64,000 nucleotides of DNA from an uncultured Candidatus Binatia bacterium (lineage in GTDB: Bacteria > Desulfobacterota > Binatia > UBA9968 > JAJDTQ01), in the NCBI GenBank assembly GCA_964291295.2, contig OZ219754.1:2592001-2656000 (forward strand). The letters are read 5' to 3'. Shown here one piece after another: positions 28,368 through 37,654 of this stretch. Position 1 is the stretch's first letter. Each line of letters opens with the position of its first letter. Below the pieces are notes generated by a model. The model was given only the letters and a program-made list of their open reading frames with translations. It was not told the DNA's origin and did not search any database. The position numbers and the translations under genes are program-made.

Positions 28368-28997
28368 GTGTGGACATTGCCGAATCTCCTGAGCCTGTTC
28401 CGGATCGCCCTGGTTCCGTTCCTGGCCTACCTGCTGGCGTTCACCGATCCGGTGTCCTGTGCACTGTCCGCGCTGGTCTTCATCGCCGCCTCGCTCACGG
28501 ACATGCTGGACGGCTATCTGGCGCGCCGGAACAAGAGCGTCTCGGACTTCGGCAAGCTCCTGGATCCCCTGGCCGACAAGCTGCTGGTGGTGACCAGCCT
28601 GATCATGCTGGCGGCCATCGATCGGCCCGGAGATGCGTACGTGCCGGTATGGCTGGTGGTGATCATCGTCGCGCGCGAGGTGGCCGTCACCGTGTTGCGC
28701 AGCATCGCCCTGAGCGAGGGCATCGTCATCCCGGCCGATGAACTGGGCAAGTACAAGCTGCTGGTGCAGACCTTCGCCCTGGTGGGGCTTATGGTTCACT
28801 ACCGGTACGCCGGTATCGACTTCTTCGCGGCGGGCGTGTACTTCCTCGTGCTGTCCGCCGTGCTTGCGGTCTGGTCCGGGGTCGACTATCATCTTCGTTT
28901 CCTGCGCTCCCTGCGGGAGCGGTCCCGCCTCTCCGGCATTCCGGGCTCCTCCCCGGGAGAGGAGCGGGAAATTGACAAGCCTGCGCGGATGATGTAG
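28368..28997 (+). CDS. pgsA: CDP-diacylglycerol--glycerol-3-phosphate 3-phosphatidyltransferase
   Basis: Motifs LPNLLS..R and TDMLDGYLAR....S.FGKLLDPLADK. Confidence 0.95.
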   Translation: MWTLPNLLSLFRIALVPFLAYLLAFTDPVSCALSALVFIAASLTDMLDGYLARRNKSVSDFGKLLDPLADKLLVVTSLIMLAAIDRPGDAYVPVWLVVIIVAREVAVTVLRSIALSEGIVIPADELGKYKLLVQTFALVGLMVHYRYAGIDFFAAGVYFLVLSAVLAVWSGVDYHLRFLRSLRERSRLSGIPGSSPGEEREIDKPARMM

Positions 28998-29002
28998 ATA
29001 AT
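28972..29002 (+). promoter_or_regulatory. Sigma70 promoter of tRNA-Gly, inside the 3' end of pgsA
   Basis: TTGACA at 28972-28977, then TG-TAGATAAT about 10 bp before the tRNA. Confidence 0.65.
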
Positions 29003-29012
29003 GTCAAAAGAT

Positions 29013-29089
29013 GCGGGTGTAGCTCAGTTGGCTAGAGCGTATGCTTGCCAAGCATAAGGTCGCCGGTTCGAACCCGGTCACCCGCTCCA
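29013..29089 (+). tRNA. tRNA-Gly (GCC)
   Basis: GCGGGTGTAGCTCAGTTGGCTAGAGCGTATGCTT-GCC-AAGCATAAGGTCGCCGGTTCGAACCCGGTCACCCGCTCCA. The pgsA-tRNA-Gly order matches E. coli. Confidence 0.96.
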
Positions 29090-29174
29090 CCTCCGCCGCG
29101 GTCCGTTCCCGGTCCCTTCCTTGTCTGTTGTTCCGACCCTGCGTTGCTATCGGCCGTGTCGTCCGTCCGCTGTC

Positions 29175-29744
29175 ATGCAGGGTCCGCTGACATTCGCCAC
29201 CTCCAACAGCCACAAGTTTCGCGAGGCGAGCGCCATCCTCGGGGAGTACGGAATCCCGTTGGAGATGGCCGCGCTGGAGCTCCGGGAGATCCAGGCCGAC
29301 GCCCTCGAGGAGATCGCCGCGGAGAAGGCCCGTGAGGCCTGCCGCAAGGTGGGCGGTGCCGTCATGGTGGAGGACACCGGTCTTTTCGTCCACGCCCTTG
29401 GCGGCTTCCCCGGCCCATATTCGGCCTACGTGTTTCGCACCGTCGGAAACCAGGGGATCCTGCGGCTGCTGGAGGGTGCGGCGGACCGTGGCGCGACGTT
29501 TCACTCGGTGTTCGCCTGCTGCCGTCCGGATGGCTCGCCCGAGTGTTTCGGCTCCTCGGTGGCCGGCGCCATCGCCCTGGAGTGCCGGGGAGGGGGCTGG
29601 GGCTACGATCCCGTCTTCATGGCCGAGGGGGCCTCGGGAAGAACCTATGGTGAACTCGGCAGCGGGAAGAACCGGTTGTCCCACCGCCGCGCGGCGCTGG
29701 AGCGCCTCGCCCGCCGGATTCACGATCCCGGAAAGACGCTCTGA
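29175..29744 (+). CDS. rdgB: Non-canonical purine NTP pyrophosphatase (RdgB/HAM1)
   Basis: Motifs FATSN.HK, EDTGL..ALGGFPGPYS, GWGYDP and KNRLSHR. Confidence 0.93.
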   Translation: MQGPLTFATSNSHKFREASAILGEYGIPLEMAALELREIQADALEEIAAEKAREACRKVGGAVMVEDTGLFVHALGGFPGPYSAYVFRTVGNQGILRLLEGAADRGATFHSVFACCRPDGSPECFGSSVAGAIALECRGGGWGYDPVFMAEGASGRTYGELGSGKNRLSHRRAALERLARRIHDPGKTL

Positions 29745-29781
29745 GCCGCATCCGCTGTTGTGGCGGGAGGGGGGCGGCGCC

Positions 29782-31191
29782 TCAGGCGCTGACGGCCTGG
29801 CTGTGGTCCCGGAGCACGCGGGCGACACAGCCCGTGAGGTTCATGGCCGTCTCCAGGTGCAGGAACTCGTTGGGCCCGTGGGCATTGGACCCGGGACCGA
29901 GCACTCCGGTGATCATGAACTGTGCCTGCGGGAACCTGTCCGCCAGCATGGCCATGAACGGTATGGTGCCACCCTCTCCGGTGGCGCAGGTGTCCTGTCC
30001 GAAAAATTCGCGGGACGCGCGGTTCATGGATTCTTCCAACCACGGGGCGAACGCCGGCGCGTTCCAGCCGCCGGTGCCCTGTCCCGGTTTGAATGTCACC
30101 TTGGCCCGGTAAGGCGGGTCCCCCGTCAGGGTCTCTCTCAGGCAGGCCACCGACGCCCCGGGGTCGGCGGAAGGAGGCAGGCGAAGCGACAGCCTGACCG
30201 CGGTCCCGGCGCGCAGCACATTGCCCGCACGTTCCGGGCTGGGGAGTCCGGCCGCGCCGATGATCTCGAGCTGGGGCCTCCAGGTACGGTTGAGCAGCAG
30301 TTCGGCGACGTCGCCGGTTACCGGCGTGGTGCCGGGATGGAAGGGGTAACTGTCGTACAGGCCCGCCCCGAGCACTTGGGCTGCCGTCCGGGCCTGCGCG
30401 ATCCGGTCGTGCGGGATCTCCACATGCAGGCCCGGTGGCAGGATCCATCCGGTATCCTCGTCTTCCAGACGGCTCAGCAGGCGCCGCAGGATCCGGAAGC
30501 TCGACGGCACGATGCCGCTGGCGGCACCGGAATGAACCCCCTCGGTGAGGGTCGCCACCGAGAGCGTGGCGTTGATCACGCCCCGCAACGAGGTCGTGAC
30601 CCAGAGCCGCTGGTAGTCGCCGCAGCCCGAGTCCAGGCACACCACCAGATCGGGCGTGCCGATGCGGTCCGCCAGCGCATCGACGTAGTGGGGAAGGTCG
30701 AAGCTGCCGCTCTCCTCGCAGGCTTCGACAAGGACCACGCAGCGCGCGCAGGGAATGGACTCGGACTGCAGCGCCTTGATCGCGGTCAGGGCGGCGAACA
30801 TCCCGTAACCGTCGTCCGCACCGCCCCGGCCGTAGAGCCTGCCGTCTTCCAGGACCGGCTTCCATGGCCCCAGGTCGGGGCGCCATCCTTCCATGGCGGG
30901 CTGCTTGTCGAGGTGCCCGTAGAGCAACACGGTGCCGCGGCCCGACCCGGGTATCTCCATGAACAGCAGCGGTGTCCGGCCCTCCGCCCGCGCCACCTGA
31001 AGGTTCAGGCCCGGAATGTCCTGAGCCGTCGTCCACTGCGAGAAGAGTTCCACCGCCCGGTCCATGTGCCCGTGCTCCCGCCACTGTGCATCGAAGGCCG
31101 GAGATTCGTTGGGGATGGCGATGTAGTCCTTCAGCGCCGGCATGACGCTGTTCCGCCAGGTTTCGCGAATGAAGGATCGGATTCGAGACAT
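29782..31191 (-). CDS. M20 family dipeptidase-like metallohydrolase
   Basis: Motifs YGHLDKQP, LYGRGGADDGY, EESGS, HSG and NAHGPNE. Confidence 0.92.
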   Translation of the reverse strand: MSRIRSFIRETWRNSVMPALKDYIAIPNESPAFDAQWREHGHMDRAVELFSQWTTAQDIPGLNLQVARAEGRTPLLFMEIPGSGRGTVLLYGHLDKQPAMEGWRPDLGPWKPVLEDGRLYGRGGADDGYGMFAALTAIKALQSESIPCARCVVLVEACEESGSFDLPHYVDALADRIGTPDLVVCLDSGCGDYQRLWVTTSLRGVINATLSVATLTEGVHSGAASGIVPSSFRILRRLLSRLEDEDTGWILPPGLHVEIPHDRIAQARTAAQVLGAGLYDSYPFHPGTTPVTGDVAELLLNRTWRPQLEIIGAAGLPSPERAGNVLRAGTAVRLSLRLPPSADPGASVACLRETLTGDPPYRAKVTFKPGQGTGGWNAPAFAPWLEESMNRASREFFGQDTCATGEGGTIPFMAMLADRFPQAQFMITGVLGPGSNAHGPNEFLHLETAMNLTGCVARVLRDHSQAVSA

Positions 31192-31268
31192 CTCCTGCCT
31201 TTCCGGCCGGCGGCGGGTTCCCGGCCCGGGCGTCACCCGGCTCCGCGGGTCTGAATACGCACCGCGGG

Positions 31269-32465
31269 TCAATCGACGCTGTTCTCCGGTGTGTCCTCTC
31301 CGGGTAGCGGATAGCGAAAGCGTTCGACCTCGGCGTGGCCCGCGCCCATGTCCACCAGTTCGTCCACGTCGAGGGCGGCTTCGGCTTCCCGTACCCGCCT
31401 CAGGGTGGCCTTGACCGCGGGATGCCTCGGCACGAAGAGCTGGCAGCAATCCTGATCCGGCTGGACCGAGGTTTCGAAGGTGCCGATGGCCATGGCCTGG
31501 TCGATAATCTCCTGCTTGTCCATGCCGATGAGCGGTCGCAGCACGGGCAGCCGCGCGGCCTCCTCGATGACGGCGATGTTGGGCAGCGTCTGGGACGCCA
31601 CCTGGGCCATGCTCTCGCCGGTCACCAGCGCCCGGGCGCGCTCCCTGGCGGCGATGACCGATGCGATCCGGAGCATCATCCGGCGATAGATCACCACCCG
31701 GAGCGGTCGCAGCACAGCGGCGACGATCCGGCGCTGGATCTCGCCGAACGGCACCATGTGGAGGCGCGAGAGGAACTGGTAGCGGCTGAGCTGCTCCACC
31801 AGTGCCCTGGACTTCTCCTGGGACGAGCGGTCCAGGAACGGGCTGCCGTGGAAGTGGACGAAGATGAGGCGGCAGCCGCGCTGCATCATCCGGTAGGATG
31901 CCACCGGAGAGTCGATTCCGCCGGAGATGAGCGAGACCAGCCGCCCGCTGGTGCCCACCGGAAGGCCGCCGGGGCCCGGCATCCGCCTCAGGCTCAGGAA
32001 CGCGCTCGACGGCAGTATTTCCACGAACACCGTCAGGTCGGGGCGGAGGAGATCCACCCGCGCCCCGCTGCGGGCCTTTACCAGCGCCCCCAACTCCCGG
32101 TTGATGTCGCTGGAGGTCAGCGGGAAACGCTTGTCGGTGCGCCGGGTGGCGATCCGGAAGGAATCGAAGGACTGTCCCTGAATGGCTTCCAGGACATGCG
32201 CCGCCAGCGACCGCATGTCGGCATCGGTGCGGTCCACCGGGGAGAAATTGGCGATGCCGAAGACCCGGCCGAGCCGGTCGGCGAGTTCGTCCGGCGGAAC
32301 GTCGTGATTGAAGTTCAGCAGCAGCCTCGAAGAGGCGTTGCGGATCTCCTTGAGACCCATTCCTCGAAGGGCCGTGCTCAGGTTCTTCTTGAGGTGCTCG
32401 ACGAAGTAGGCGCGGTTGCCCTTCTTGAGGGCGATCTCGTGGTAGCGGACCAAGGCCGAGCGCAT
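31269..32465 (-). CDS. thiI: tRNA 4-thiouridine(8) synthase ThiI (no rhodanese domain)
   Basis: Motifs EIALKKGNR, a THUMP domain, GGLP.G, PP-loop SGGIDS, GES.AQVASQT and DCC. Confidence 0.95.
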   Translation of the reverse strand: MRSALVRYHEIALKKGNRAYFVEHLKKNLSTALRGMGLKEIRNASSRLLLNFNHDVPPDELADRLGRVFGIANFSPVDRTDADMRSLAAHVLEAIQGQSFDSFRIATRRTDKRFPLTSSDINRELGALVKARSGARVDLLRPDLTVFVEILPSSAFLSLRRMPGPGGLPVGTSGRLVSLISGGIDSPVASYRMMQRGCRLIFVHFHGSPFLDRSSQEKSRALVEQLSRYQFLSRLHMVPFGEIQRRIVAAVLRPLRVVIYRRMMLRIASVIAARERARALVTGESMAQVASQTLPNIAVIEEAARLPVLRPLIGMDKQEIIDQAMAIGTFETSVQPDQDCCQLFVPRHPAVKATLRRVREAEAALDVDELVDMGAGHAEVERFRYPLPGEDTPENSVD

Positions 32466-32547
32466 GGCGCGACGATAGCAGATTCACGGAACTTTTGCAT
32501 GGAAAGCCCGCTGTGATACCATGAACGCTTGGTCTTGGAGGTCTTGA

Positions 32548-32874
32548 ATGGAAAGGTTCAGGAGTGTTCCGGAGATCGCTCGATTCTCCCCGGAGAAGAT
32601 GAGGAAGAACGGGGTCTTCGAGACGGAGCGGCTTTTTTGCGACGTCTACTGCTTCGAGGCCGGACAGGCGCAGCGCGTGCATGCCCATGAAGGCTCGGAC
32701 AAGGTCTACTTCGTACTGGAAGGGGAGGGGCTGTTCCGCATCGGTGCGGAACAGCGTCAACTCGGCAAGGACGAGGTGGCGCTGGCGCCGTCGGGAGAGC
32801 CTCACGGCGTGGAGAATCCCGGACCCGGGCGGTTGAAGCTGCTGGTGCTCATGGCGCCGCGTCCGGGCCATTGA
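32548..32874 (+). CDS. Cupin domain protein
   Basis: HAH..SDKVYFVLEG...HGVEN; GGAGG RBS. Confidence 0.85.
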   Translation: MERFRSVPEIARFSPEKMRKNGVFETERLFCDVYCFEAGQAQRVHAHEGSDKVYFVLEGEGLFRIGAEQRQLGKDEVALAPSGEPHGVENPGPGRLKLLVLMAPRPGH

Positions 32875-32889
32875 GGAGCGGGCGGGCCC

Positions 32890-33306
32890 ATGACGGCGGA
32901 CGACCCCGTGAACGACGTCAACCGGCGCTTCTACGAAGCGTTCGAGAGTCTCGACCTCACCCGCATGAAGGGCATCTGGCTGCGCGAGGACTACATCAGG
33001 TGCGTCCATCCGGGATGGGCCTTGCTGTCCGGTTGGGACGCCGTCATGGAGAGCTGGCGGCGGATCTTCGAGAACACGCGGCAGATGCGCTTTGCCCTCA
33101 CCGGCTTGACCGCGCGGACCCAGGGTTCCTTCGCCTGGGTGACACTCTACGAGAACCTGCACTCGACGCTGCCGGGGCGGACCAGCGCGGCGGTGGTGCT
33201 CGCCACCAACATCTATGAACAGCGCGCCGATGGCTGGTACATGATCCATCACCACGGCTCGCCGGTGATGATGGCCGAGCCCGACCCCGGCTCCACGGTT
33301 CAGTGA
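32890..33306 (+). CDS. SnoaL/NTF2-like protein
   Basis: Motifs N.RFYEAFE, CVHPGW and ATN......W.MIHHHGS. Confidence 0.88.
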   Translation: MTADDPVNDVNRRFYEAFESLDLTRMKGIWLREDYIRCVHPGWALLSGWDAVMESWRRIFENTRQMRFALTGLTARTQGSFAWVTLYENLHSTLPGRTSAAVVLATNIYEQRADGWYMIHHHGSPVMMAEPDPGSTVQ

Positions 33307-34022
33307 AGCCGCTTCAGGACAAGGTCTGCATCATCACCGGCGCGGGCAGGGGCATTGGCCGCGCCATCGCGCTTCGGGCCGCCGAGGAAGGCTGCCGCGC
33401 CATGCTGGCGTCGAGAAGTGCGGACCAGCTCGATATGGTCCGGGCCGAGATCGCGGCCCGGGGCGGGCAGGCCGCGTGGCAGCGCGCCGACCTGTCGCGG
33501 CAGGAGGATCTGGAAGCACTGGTGGAGCGGACCCTGGATCGTTTCGGCGCCATTGATTTCCTGGTCAACAATGCCGGATGGGGCATCAAGGCCAAGGTCG
33601 CCGATGCGAGGATCCAGGACTGGGAAGAGACCTTTCGGGTCAATCTGCTGGCGCCCATGATCCTGGCCCAGCTGGTGCTGCCCGCGCTCATGGCCCGGCC
33701 GGACGGGGCCATCGTCAACATCGCTTCGATATCAGGGCGGGCAGGGCAGGCGGGTGCGGCAGCCTATGCCGCCTCCAAGGCCGGGCTCACGGCCTTCAGC
33801 CAGTCCCTGTTCGAGGAGGTTCGGGAACACGCCATCAAGGTGGCAGCGGTCATTCCCGGTTTCGTGGACACGGAGATGATCCCGCCCGTGAGACATCTCG
33901 ACCGTGCCCGAATGATCCAGCCCGACGACGTGGCTCAGGCGGTGTTGTTCGTTCTCACCGCGCCCGCCACCGCCTGTCCGGTGGAGGTCACCGTCCGTCC
34001 GCAGCGCACGCCGTACCTGTAG
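33303..34022 (+). CDS. SDR family oxidoreductase
   Basis: Motifs TGAGRGIG, NNAG and YAASK. Confidence 0.93.
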   Translation: MKPLQDKVCIITGAGRGIGRAIALRAAEEGCRAMLASRSADQLDMVRAEIAARGGQAAWQRADLSRQEDLEALVERTLDRFGAIDFLVNNAGWGIKAKVADARIQDWEETFRVNLLAPMILAQLVLPALMARPDGAIVNIASISGRAGQAGAAAYAASKAGLTAFSQSLFEEVREHAIKVAAVIPGFVDTEMIPPVRHLDRARMIQPDDVAQAVLFVLTAPATACPVEVTVRPQRTPYL

Positions 34023-34024
34023 CC

Positions 34025-35197
34025 TCAGGCCGCTCCCTGAAGGTTGCAGAACTCCTCGTAGTCGATGAGTTCGTGGATGGTGGGCTTCTCTCCGCACATG
34101 GGACACTCGGGGTCCCGGCGCAGGCGGAGCGTGTTGATCTCCATGGTCAGCGTGTTGAAGTGGAGCAGCCTCCCGGCCAGCGAGTCGCCCTTGCCCAGGA
34201 TGAGCTTGATGGTCTCCACCGCCTGGATCGTGCCGATGAGTCCGGGAAGGACTCCCAGCACCCCGGCCTCGGCGCAACTTGGCGCCATGCCGGGAGGAGG
34301 CGGTTCGGGATAGAGGCAGCGGTAGCACGGGCCGTTGCCGGGGTGGAACACCGACACCTGCCCTTCGAACTGGAAGATGCTGCCGTGAACATTGGGCTTG
34401 CCGGTCATCACGCAGGCGTCATTGACCAGATACCGGGTGGGGAAGTTGTCGCAGCCGTCCACCACGATGTCGTAGTCCTTGATGATCTCCATGATGTTGT
34501 CGGAGTTCAGCCGCTCCGGTATGGCGATCACGTTGACGTCCGGGTTCAGTCCCTGGATGGTCTGGCGCGCCGACTCGGTCTTGGGCTCGCCGATGCGATC
34601 GTTGGTGTGGAGGATCTGGCGCTGCAGGTTGGACAGGTCCACCACGTCATGGTCGACGATGCCCAGGGTGCCAACCCCGGCCGCCGCCAGGTAGTAGGCG
34701 GATGGCGACCCCAGGCCGCCGGCCCCCACCATCAACACCCGGGCGTCCAGCAGCCTCGCCTGTCCCTCTTCGCCCACCTCGGGAAGCAGGAAATGGCGGC
34801 TGTAGCGGGTGAGTTGTTCCTGCGTGAACTGCCGATCCTGCACGAAGGGATAGCCCTCGTTCTTCCAGGCGGTGTATCCCCCGGACATGGAGGTGACGTC
34901 CTGATAGCCCATTTCCCGCATCACCTTGCCCGCCAGCAGCGACCTCACGCCGCCGGCGCAGTAGGCGATGATGGGAGTGGACTTGTCCGGTATCTCGGCG
35001 TCCACCTTCATCTCGAGAAAACCCCGGGGTACCGACACCGCATTCTCCAGGTGTCCTTCCCGGTATTCCTCCTTCTCGCGGACGTCCAGGAGCGCGTGGT
35101 TGCCGTCGTGCCGCAGCAACTCGCGTACCTGTTGGGGTGCCAACTCCTTTACGGTGTCGCGCGCCTCGTCCATCAACTGCTGGAATGTCTTGGCCAT
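34025..35197 (-). CDS. moeB: Rhodanese-MoeB fusion (molybdopterin-synthase adenylyltransferase)
   Basis: N-terminal rhodanese (YCAGGVRS), then RYSRH, GAGGLG, SNLQRQ and two CxxC pairs. Confidence 0.94.
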   Translation of the reverse strand: MAKTFQQLMDEARDTVKELAPQQVRELLRHDGNHALLDVREKEEYREGHLENAVSVPRGFLEMKVDAEIPDKSTPIIAYCAGGVRSLLAGKVMREMGYQDVTSMSGGYTAWKNEGYPFVQDRQFTQEQLTRYSRHFLLPEVGEEGQARLLDARVLMVGAGGLGSPSAYYLAAAGVGTLGIVDHDVVDLSNLQRQILHTNDRIGEPKTESARQTIQGLNPDVNVIAIPERLNSDNIMEIIKDYDIVVDGCDNFPTRYLVNDACVMTGKPNVHGSIFQFEGQVSVFHPGNGPCYRCLYPEPPPPGMAPSCAEAGVLGVLPGLIGTIQAVETIKLILGKGDSLAGRLLHFNTLTMEINTLRLRRDPECPMCGEKPTIHELIDYEEFCNLQGAA

Positions 35198-35421
35198 GAC
35201 ATGTCCCCCGGGAAATTTCCGACTTGGCGTTGGCTTCAACCTGGAGTTCCGACCTGGAGTTTCGACATGAAGTCTACGTGGATGGCAAACCGAAACAGAG
35301 GCCGGAATACAAGCCGTAACAAGGGTCGAACGCACGCTTCGAACGATTCGGACGCTTCGAAATACAAGCCGGAATGGAAGGAAAGTATCATGATTATTAC
35401 TACAGGTTATCGGCCGTCCTG

Positions 35422-36483
35422 TCAATCGAGCCGGTAGAAACGGTTGGCGTTGTCGGCCAGGATCTTCCGCTTGGCGGTATCCGAAACGTCCTCCCGTGCG
35501 CACAGCTCGGGAATATCCTTGAGGTACTCCTCGCGCGGACGCTCGTGGGGATAGTCGGACGCGAAGAAGATGCAGTCCTCGCCGAAGAGCTCAAGGACGC
35601 AAGGCAGTGTGCGCTCCTCGGACTCCACCGAGACGTAGACGCTGCCGCTCCTGATGTAGTGGCTGGGCGCATGCTTCAGCCGGGGGGCCCATTTCCTGCC
35701 GCGCCGTTCGTAACCCTCGTCCAGCCGGTCCATCATGAACGGCACCCAGCCCGCCCCCGCCTCCAGATAGGCGACGCGAAGGTCGGGAAACAGCTCGTAG
35801 ACGCCCTGGAATACCATGTTGGTCAGGTGGATCAGCAGCGGAATGGGGTGCTCCAGCGCATGGACCTCGGCGAAGCTGTCCAGATAGTCGAAGCCGAGGC
35901 CCCGGCTTGGCGCCCCGTGGATGGCCAGCGCCATGTCCAGCCGGCAGGCCTCCTCGTATATCGGGAAGAAGGTCTCGTGGCCGTACCCCTTGCCCAGCGC
36001 GTTCACCGAGGGCAGCACGGCGGCCGGCATGCCCAGTTCCTCCCTGGCGTGGCGCATCTCCCTGACGGCGTCGTCGATACTATGAATCGGGATCAGGGCG
36101 GCGCCGAGGATCCTCGGTGTGTGTTTCATGTAGTAGCCGTGGAGCCAGGCGTTGTAGGCGTGGGCGATGTTGACGGAATAGGCCGGGTCCTGGATCAGGC
36201 CGAACCCGAGACCGGCGGTGGGATAGACGATGGTGCGGTTGATGCCGCAGTCGTCCAGGAACGATAACCAGATATCGCGGTCGGGATAGTCCCGGAGCCC
36301 TGAGGAACTCATGTTGGACAACCGGGTCCATCCGTCCAGCGACGGGAACAGCGAGTACATGCGGGCCCAGGCGGGCTGGCCGTCGCTGCCCGCGTATTTC
36401 TCGCCCATGAAGGGCATGATCTCGCTGGCGTTCTCCATGATGTGTCCGTCGCCGTCCACCACCGGATAGGCGTTCTCGCGCAT
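35422..36483 (-). CDS. Amidohydrolase family protein (Amidohydro_2)
   Basis: Motifs VDGDGH, AYNAWL, LEAGAGW and ASDYPH. Confidence 0.92.
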   Translation of the reverse strand: MRENAYPVVDGDGHIMENASEIMPFMGEKYAGSDGQPAWARMYSLFPSLDGWTRLSNMSSSGLRDYPDRDIWLSFLDDCGINRTIVYPTAGLGFGLIQDPAYSVNIAHAYNAWLHGYYMKHTPRILGAALIPIHSIDDAVREMRHAREELGMPAAVLPSVNALGKGYGHETFFPIYEEACRLDMALAIHGAPSRGLGFDYLDSFAEVHALEHPIPLLIHLTNMVFQGVYELFPDLRVAYLEAGAGWVPFMMDRLDEGYERRGRKWAPRLKHAPSHYIRSGSVYVSVESEERTLPCVLELFGEDCIFFASDYPHERPREEYLKDIPELCAREDVSDTAKRKILADNANRFYRLD

Positions 36484-36529
36484 GGGATGCTCCTTTCTCT
36501 TGGGAAACGGGGGAGGGGCAGCGGCGCGG

Positions 36530-37627
36530 CTACGCCTCCGCGATCCCGTAGAACCGCCTGGCGTTGTCGCCCAGCATCTTGTCGGCCACCCGCTCCGGGA
36601 CATCCTCCCGGCCGCGCAGGGTGGCGGTCAGTCGGGGCTCGAAAGAGGGATCCTGGTGGCCGTAGTCCGAGCCGATGAGGAGATGGTCCTCGCCGATATG
36701 GTTCGCCAGGTAGGGGATGTCCTCGTCGGCCTCGCAGGCGACGAACAGGCGGTAGTCCTCGAACAGACCTCGGTCCGACTTGTGTTTCCAGTCGCTCTTG
36801 AGCAGCCGCTTGAGGACGTGCAGCACGAACGGCACCCAACCGGCGGAGGCCTCGATGAAGCCGATGCGCAGGCCCGGGAACTCTTCGGGTATGCGGTTCG
36901 CCACCAGGTCGCGGAAGGCGAACACCGGCAGGATACGCCCCTGTGCGAAGGAGAAGTTCCGCTCGAAGCTGAACAGGTTGATGATCGACGGCGCGCCCAT
37001 GCCGGTATGGATGCAGATGGGCAGATCCAGCCTGGCGGCTTCTTCGTAGACCGGGAAGAAATATGGATCGTCCAGGGTGCGGTCTCCCTCCATGCCGCGG
37101 AAGAAGACGCCCACGGCTCCATGTTCCCTGGCCAGCCGCATTTCGTCGATGGCGGCGTGGATGGACTGCAACGGCAGCACGGCGGTCCACAGCAGGCGGT
37201 TGCGGCCGGTGCGGTGCACCTCCCACATGTAGCGGTTGTAGGCGCGGCACAGCGCCACCTCCAGTTCCGCATCCCGGGTGAGGTAGACCAGGAACAGCGT
37301 TGGATAGATGATCTGGACGTCGATGCCGAGCCGGTCCATGTCCGCCAGCCGAACCTCGGGCCGGGTGATCTCGCGGCTGGCGATGAGGCTGTCGCTGCGG
37401 GACGACTCGAGCTTCGTGGCGGACGGCGTCACCAGACGATAACTCCCCTTGCCGTTGGGCTTGGGCACGATATTGCCGTCGATGAGCCAGAAGGCGTTGC
37501 GGGGGCCGTAGAGGGTATCCTCGGGCACCGAGGCCAGCACCGGCCGGCGCGCGTACATGCCCGCGTCCATGTGTTTCCACATGGCTTCGGGTTCGGCGAT
37601 ATGAGTGTCGGAATCGATGATCGTCAT
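36530..37627 (-). CDS. Amidohydrolase family protein (Amidohydro_2)
   Basis: Motifs IDSDTH, AYNR, IEASAGW and GSDYGH. Confidence 0.92.
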   Translation of the reverse strand: MTIIDSDTHIAEPEAMWKHMDAGMYARRPVLASVPEDTLYGPRNAFWLIDGNIVPKPNGKGSYRLVTPSATKLESSRSDSLIASREITRPEVRLADMDRLGIDVQIIYPTLFLVYLTRDAELEVALCRAYNRYMWEVHRTGRNRLLWTAVLPLQSIHAAIDEMRLAREHGAVGVFFRGMEGDRTLDDPYFFPVYEEAARLDLPICIHTGMGAPSIINLFSFERNFSFAQGRILPVFAFRDLVANRIPEEFPGLRIGFIEASAGWVPFVLHVLKRLLKSDWKHKSDRGLFEDYRLFVACEADEDIPYLANHIGEDHLLIGSDYGHQDPSFEPRLTATLRGREDVPERVADKMLGDNARRFYGIAEA

Positions 37628-37654
37628 CGGACGGGCCTGGTGCGGCGCGGCGCC

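Noticed and set aside
25941-28892. 983-aa minus-strand ORF, and similar long ORFs such as 1273-2949, 36482-38905, 39463-41805 and 48793-50802
   Set aside because: These are antisense shadows of well-supported genes in high-GC DNA and carry no motifs.
21798-29089. tRNA-Met and tRNA-Gly as prophage or island att sites
   Set aside because: I saw no integrase and no duplicated tRNA 3' end in the window.
29782-33255. 1157-aa ORF suggesting a giant peptidase fusion
   Set aside because: Only 29782-31191 is the M20 protein. The rest overlaps thiI and other genes out of frame.
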